A DNA stretch of 64,000 bases from a virus, in IMG/VR virus record IMGVR_UViG_3300032401_000690, positions 32,001 to 96,000 of that record; one strand, 5' to 3'. A program made the translations under genes and the position numbers. Shown here in pieces: positions 61,601 to 64,000 of this stretch. The number at the start of each line of letters is the position of its first letter. The first letter of the stretch is position 1. The notes under the pieces were generated by a model that worked only from the letters and a program-made list of their open reading frames with translations, was not told the DNA's origin and ran no database searches.

Positions 61601-63743
61601 TGATAAAAAATTAAATGTTATAGCATCAAGTTTGGGTGAAGTTGCAAATGTTACACCAAAAACAAAAAATGGTCCTTTTTCGTCAATTAATTGTCACGAA
61701 AATGTTCGTAACGATAGTAAAACCGGAAAGGTTGTTAATACTGGTGGTCAGTGGTATTCGGCACCGGCAATGGCTTGTAGAAGAGTTTATATTAAGACCA
61801 TTGTTGCAACCGGAATACCTGAAAGTCCTGTTGTTGATGATCCTGTTGTTATTGAACCAATACCTGTCGTTGTTATTGAGGGTACAGTAATAGGTAATAC
61901 AGACCCGATATATGTACCCCCACTTAAAGTTGCTCCAGTACCTGATATTAAACAATCGGTTAAAGATGGGATATCAAAAAAAGTATTGAGACATATGTTT
62001 TCTGAATGTGATTATTTTGAGGTAATAAAGGAAACTAACCCTATGGTGTTTGATAGTATTAAAGATAAAATTAAATACTTTAATCCGGCATTTCACTCTA
62101 TGACACCTGAAGGTTTAAATGCTAGATTAACATTCCTTAATCAATGCATGAGACCGGGTCAAACAATACCTGTTATTGGTCCTGATGGTAAACCAAAGTA
62201 TAACGATGCGTTAAATACATCGTTTGGTGCACCACCCGTTTTGGTATTAAGAATTGGGGATTTTTATAATACAAAAATTATACCTAACTCACTTGGTATT
62301 ACATTTGATCCGTTGGTATTTGATATTAACCCTGAAGGTATTGGTGTTCAACCGATGATTGCAAAAATTAGTTTGGGGTTTGATTTTATTGGTGGTCACG
62401 GAATTGCGGGACCTGTTAAGGAACTTCAAAACGCATTGTCTTTTAATTATTATGCGAATACCGAAATATATGATGAAAGATCGGTTGCAACGGAGAATAC
62501 TTCTGAACGAGATAATACTTTAGTGAAGGCAATTATTAAAGATGGGTCAGTTAATGGTAATCCACTTATGGCAAACCAAGTTGATAATCAAATTCCACAA
62601 AAGGGTGGAAGTACTGTTGGTACCATATTATCAACAACAACATCATCTGACGGATCTTTTGCTGAAGGAGATATTGAATATAAAACATTAATGAGTGATT
62701 TATCAACAGGAACTCAAACTTATTTTAAAACAATATTTAATCAGTTGAAAACACTTACTTCAACCACAAATGGCGGTATAATGTCATTATCAAGTACTGA
62801 TATGGAATTTAATAATGGTGTTTTTAATGAATATGATGCGGTACCAACTAATGTGGATATATACGGTAAGTCAAATAGTGTTGAAAAATACATTGAAAGT
62901 TTGGTTAAACAAACAAAAAAAGATGTTAATGATGAGGTGTCTCCGATAATTTCTGATATTGTTGGTAGTAGTAAGGGTTATCAAAGTTCATTAAAAAGAG
63001 AACTTAAAGACAATATGGGAAAAGAGGTTGAAAAGGCGGAAACTGAATTAAATGGTATTGTTATTGGACCAATAAATGAAATGACTTCCTATCAAGAAGG
63101 GTTTAATTATACGTTAAGAAAGTTGGACGTAATATGTGATGGTATTGACGGTATTAAATTGGGTACGGGAGATTATAAAGTTTATTCGTTAAGTGGTGAT
63201 AGTGTTATAAGTAATATAAAGGATGTATATGTATTTACCGCTGGAACACAGATTACAAGTTTTTTAAATGATTTTCTAAGAGATAAACTTTTTGAAAAAT
63301 TAGTATATAAAAAAGATGAAAATAATTTTGTTGGGATTACCGCAATGTCGATTCCTGAAAGTAGATTTTATATGGCAATGTCCCACATATTTTTGGATGA
63401 TAATAAATATAATGCATTTGTTACGTCATTAACGACAAGTAAAAAAATTAAAGAATCTGAAACAACAATTGTTGATGATATAAAAAAATATTGTGAAATT
63501 TTTAAGGTTAAATGTAAAGCAGAACACGATGCTGAAATAAAATTATTTAATGATATAGAAACATCTGAAGAGTATAAAAAATATGAAACCTTTAAACTTG
63601 TGGAGTTTGATAGTAAAGTACAATATACTACAGAAAAAACCGGAAATAATTTACAGAAGATAAATAGAATTAAAAATTTATATCTTGATGTGAATGTTAA
63701 GACAAGTAATAAAACATATAATGGTAAAGTTAAATTTAATTAA
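58644..63743 (+). CDS. Large baseplate/tail protein with OmpA-C-like domain
   Basis: FPPYD..FSE..W....FLGR.EP.YTY (tube-initiator-like); GSAS....YN..LS.RR..SV...GE...RRV (OmpA-like); PP...LRIGDFY. Confidence 0.6.
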   Translation: MSDSILSFASSSSFRNKLIARNLAPYQVQGAYTAPSGNVTYEATPLADSNVIDSPDTLISTNQGANQLYTLNEYGPEGGYSGKYNVPGAPYPVEPNKGPYDPNDTILDLINEFYIDTAYIQNKYGPEGGYKDLVVVTDVITSGKMYLPYWDPSIFVPSFYSPYEILSSSNPNGSSGSLSQDSYLAKIGAAQLKGYFEDRIALEIQQMTIGSINLDTLSDPFSASLLASGQQPFFIKNWKITVPESPVFAAISFANRLTGTYFPVSFIPGDYFDENDPVGNVPSSLNTANNLTGGALGPILNKFRNPSEIFLANTGNGQQSVLFATLDYNIYRPQYQKNLIQGVSSAINNLFGGGSASVGGYYVGSVDSEPSQITTPANEVAVDRFGKQVGTIVYGPDELAKLYEGNEDKINFGLKAKSYTDGDGTDGKFVWTSPKYKDNAGFKVGPGGQNFQKDEEFNIIESQYGQNLSTGIEYKGGSILDNTQRIVQAADNVQGAKRLKHVGNAINQVSKVFNDGYKEMTKGSQVIAYYDQSTGENTIGVSGFEVGKEYCRVFQKDTPYLTYADLQKTDGITTSGRKFSYSIFDNTYNLNIAPIRNPGSTNIVDGKVKKYMFSLENLAWRTSDQPGFTYDDLPTCEKGQNGGRIMWFPPYDITFSEDSKANWNPTSFLGRPEPIYTYKNTTRTGSLSWKIVVDSPAMMNTIVEKQLANRSSQEINSIMDSFFAGCVKYDIYDLAAKFNTIPTSELYTYQQILNDPRLTPEEYNNIIKEVPVDKESGTVTAPGKGADDGPGTKTDNKDTVVANATDPISLDVLNAYLGYGFYFENDSPYYNPNIKNPSADDEWKIQGPLGRPPASQVDGSSFTYVDYYNYYIGLQGTYNTKAPEIVWASTGSTLDQGTTFTKSAIDPFFSDVVKYNFETLQKDFITSLTKILVDMKGSVTITMEGSASPIQNETYNKFLSDRRINSVIAWLASLDFGELKGQKYIDDKKLNVIASSLGEVANVTPKTKNGPFSSINCHENVRNDSKTGKVVNTGGQWYSAPAMACRRVYIKTIVATGIPESPVVDDPVVIEPIPVVVIEGTVIGNTDPIYVPPLKVAPVPDIKQSVKDGISKKVLRHMFSECDYFEVIKETNPMVFDSIKDKIKYFNPAFHSMTPEGLNARLTFLNQCMRPGQTIPVIGPDGKPKYNDALNTSFGAPPVLVLRIGDFYNTKIIPNSLGITFDPLVFDINPEGIGVQPMIAKISLGFDFIGGHGIAGPVKELQNALSFNYYANTEIYDERSVATENTSERDNTLVKAIIKDGSVNGNPLMANQVDNQIPQKGGSTVGTILSTTTSSDGSFAEGDIEYKTLMSDLSTGTQTYFKTIFNQLKTLTSTTNGGIMSLSSTDMEFNNGVFNEYDAVPTNVDIYGKSNSVEKYIESLVKQTKKDVNDEVSPIISDIVGSSKGYQSSLKRELKDNMGKEVEKAETELNGIVIGPINEMTSYQEGFNYTLRKLDVICDGIDGIKLGTGDYKVYSLSGDSVISNIKDVYVFTAGTQITSFLNDFLRDKLFEKLVYKKDENNFVGITAMSIPESRFYMAMSHIFLDDNKYNAFVTSLTTSKKIKESETTIVDDIKKYCEIFKVKCKAEHDAEIKLFNDIETSEEYKKYETFKLVEFDSKVQYTTEKTGNNLQKINRIKNLYLDVNVKTSNKTYNGKVKFN

Positions 63744-63745
63744 TA

Positions 63746-64000
63746 ATGGCATTACAATATTATAATAGATACAATCAATTTTTACAAGATGGACAACAAA
63801 CAGTTGTTCCTTATATTAACTTGCCGATAAAATCGTCTGATAAACTCTATATATATAAAGTTGGAATTTCAAGGTTGGATAAAGTATCTCAACAATTTTA
63901 TGGAACACCCTTTTTTGGTTGGTTAATACTACAAGCAAACCCACAATTTACGGGTTTTGAGTTTAACATACCTGACGCGGCTATCTTGACAATTCCATAT
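63746..64000 (+). CDS. LysM-like/baseplate wedge (gp53/tail X-like) protein, partial
   Basis: Manual translation MALQYYNRY...RLDKVSQQFYG..FFGWLILQANP...IP. Confidence 0.65.
   Translation, partial: MALQYYNRYNQFLQDGQQTVVPYINLPIKSSDKLYIYKVGISRLDKVSQQFYGTPFFGWLILQANPQFTGFEFNIPDAAILTIPY

Noticed and set aside
415-61955. Short antisense or overlapping ORFs in the track (e.g. 415..612, 8093..8374, 10752..11261, 29127..29546, 37389..37763, 42726..42911)
   Set aside because: Shadow frames of well-supported genes, with no recognisable motifs.
1-64000. Alternative genetic code (stop-codon reassignment)
   Set aside because: Long intact ORFs and dense coding under the standard code; both TAG and TGA appear as plausible stops.
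1-64000. tRNA or rRNA genes
   Set aside because: None recognised; intergenic gaps are short and AT-rich. A tRNAscan/Infernal run would be needed to exclude them.

Overview
AT-rich (~30% GC by eye) segment of a large myovirus-type (jumbo-like) phage genome read in the standard genetic code. A Bacteroidota host is an inference only. Left end (minus strand): glycan-modification genes, a dUTPase fractured by a naturally split intein with an endonuclease gene between the halves, a 3'-5' exonuclease, homing endonucleases and a stand-alone WYL gene. Middle (plus strand): repeat-rich fibre/virion proteins interleaved with glycosyl-, acetyl- and sulfo-transfer genes, then a family B DNA polymerase. 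Right: neck, SOD fusion, SNF2 helicase, tail terminator, sheath, tube, chaperone, tape measure and baseplate genes. The most striking element is at 41.66-42.79 kb: three tandem modules, each a ~100-aa protein domain whose 3' coding sequence is itself the first copy of a 36-bp repeat, followed by 30-33-bp spacers and a truncated terminal repeat. The architecture resembles type VI-B (Cas13b) arrays, but there is no cas gene in the window. Other highlights: an Aah/TibC-like glycosyltransferase near an STVSGG-repeat fibre, a PAPS/sulfation module, a ~15-kb block bounded by degenerate direct repeats, a likely tail-chaperone frameshift and a T10 frameshift in a head-closure gene. All family assignments come from motif recognition, not database searches.
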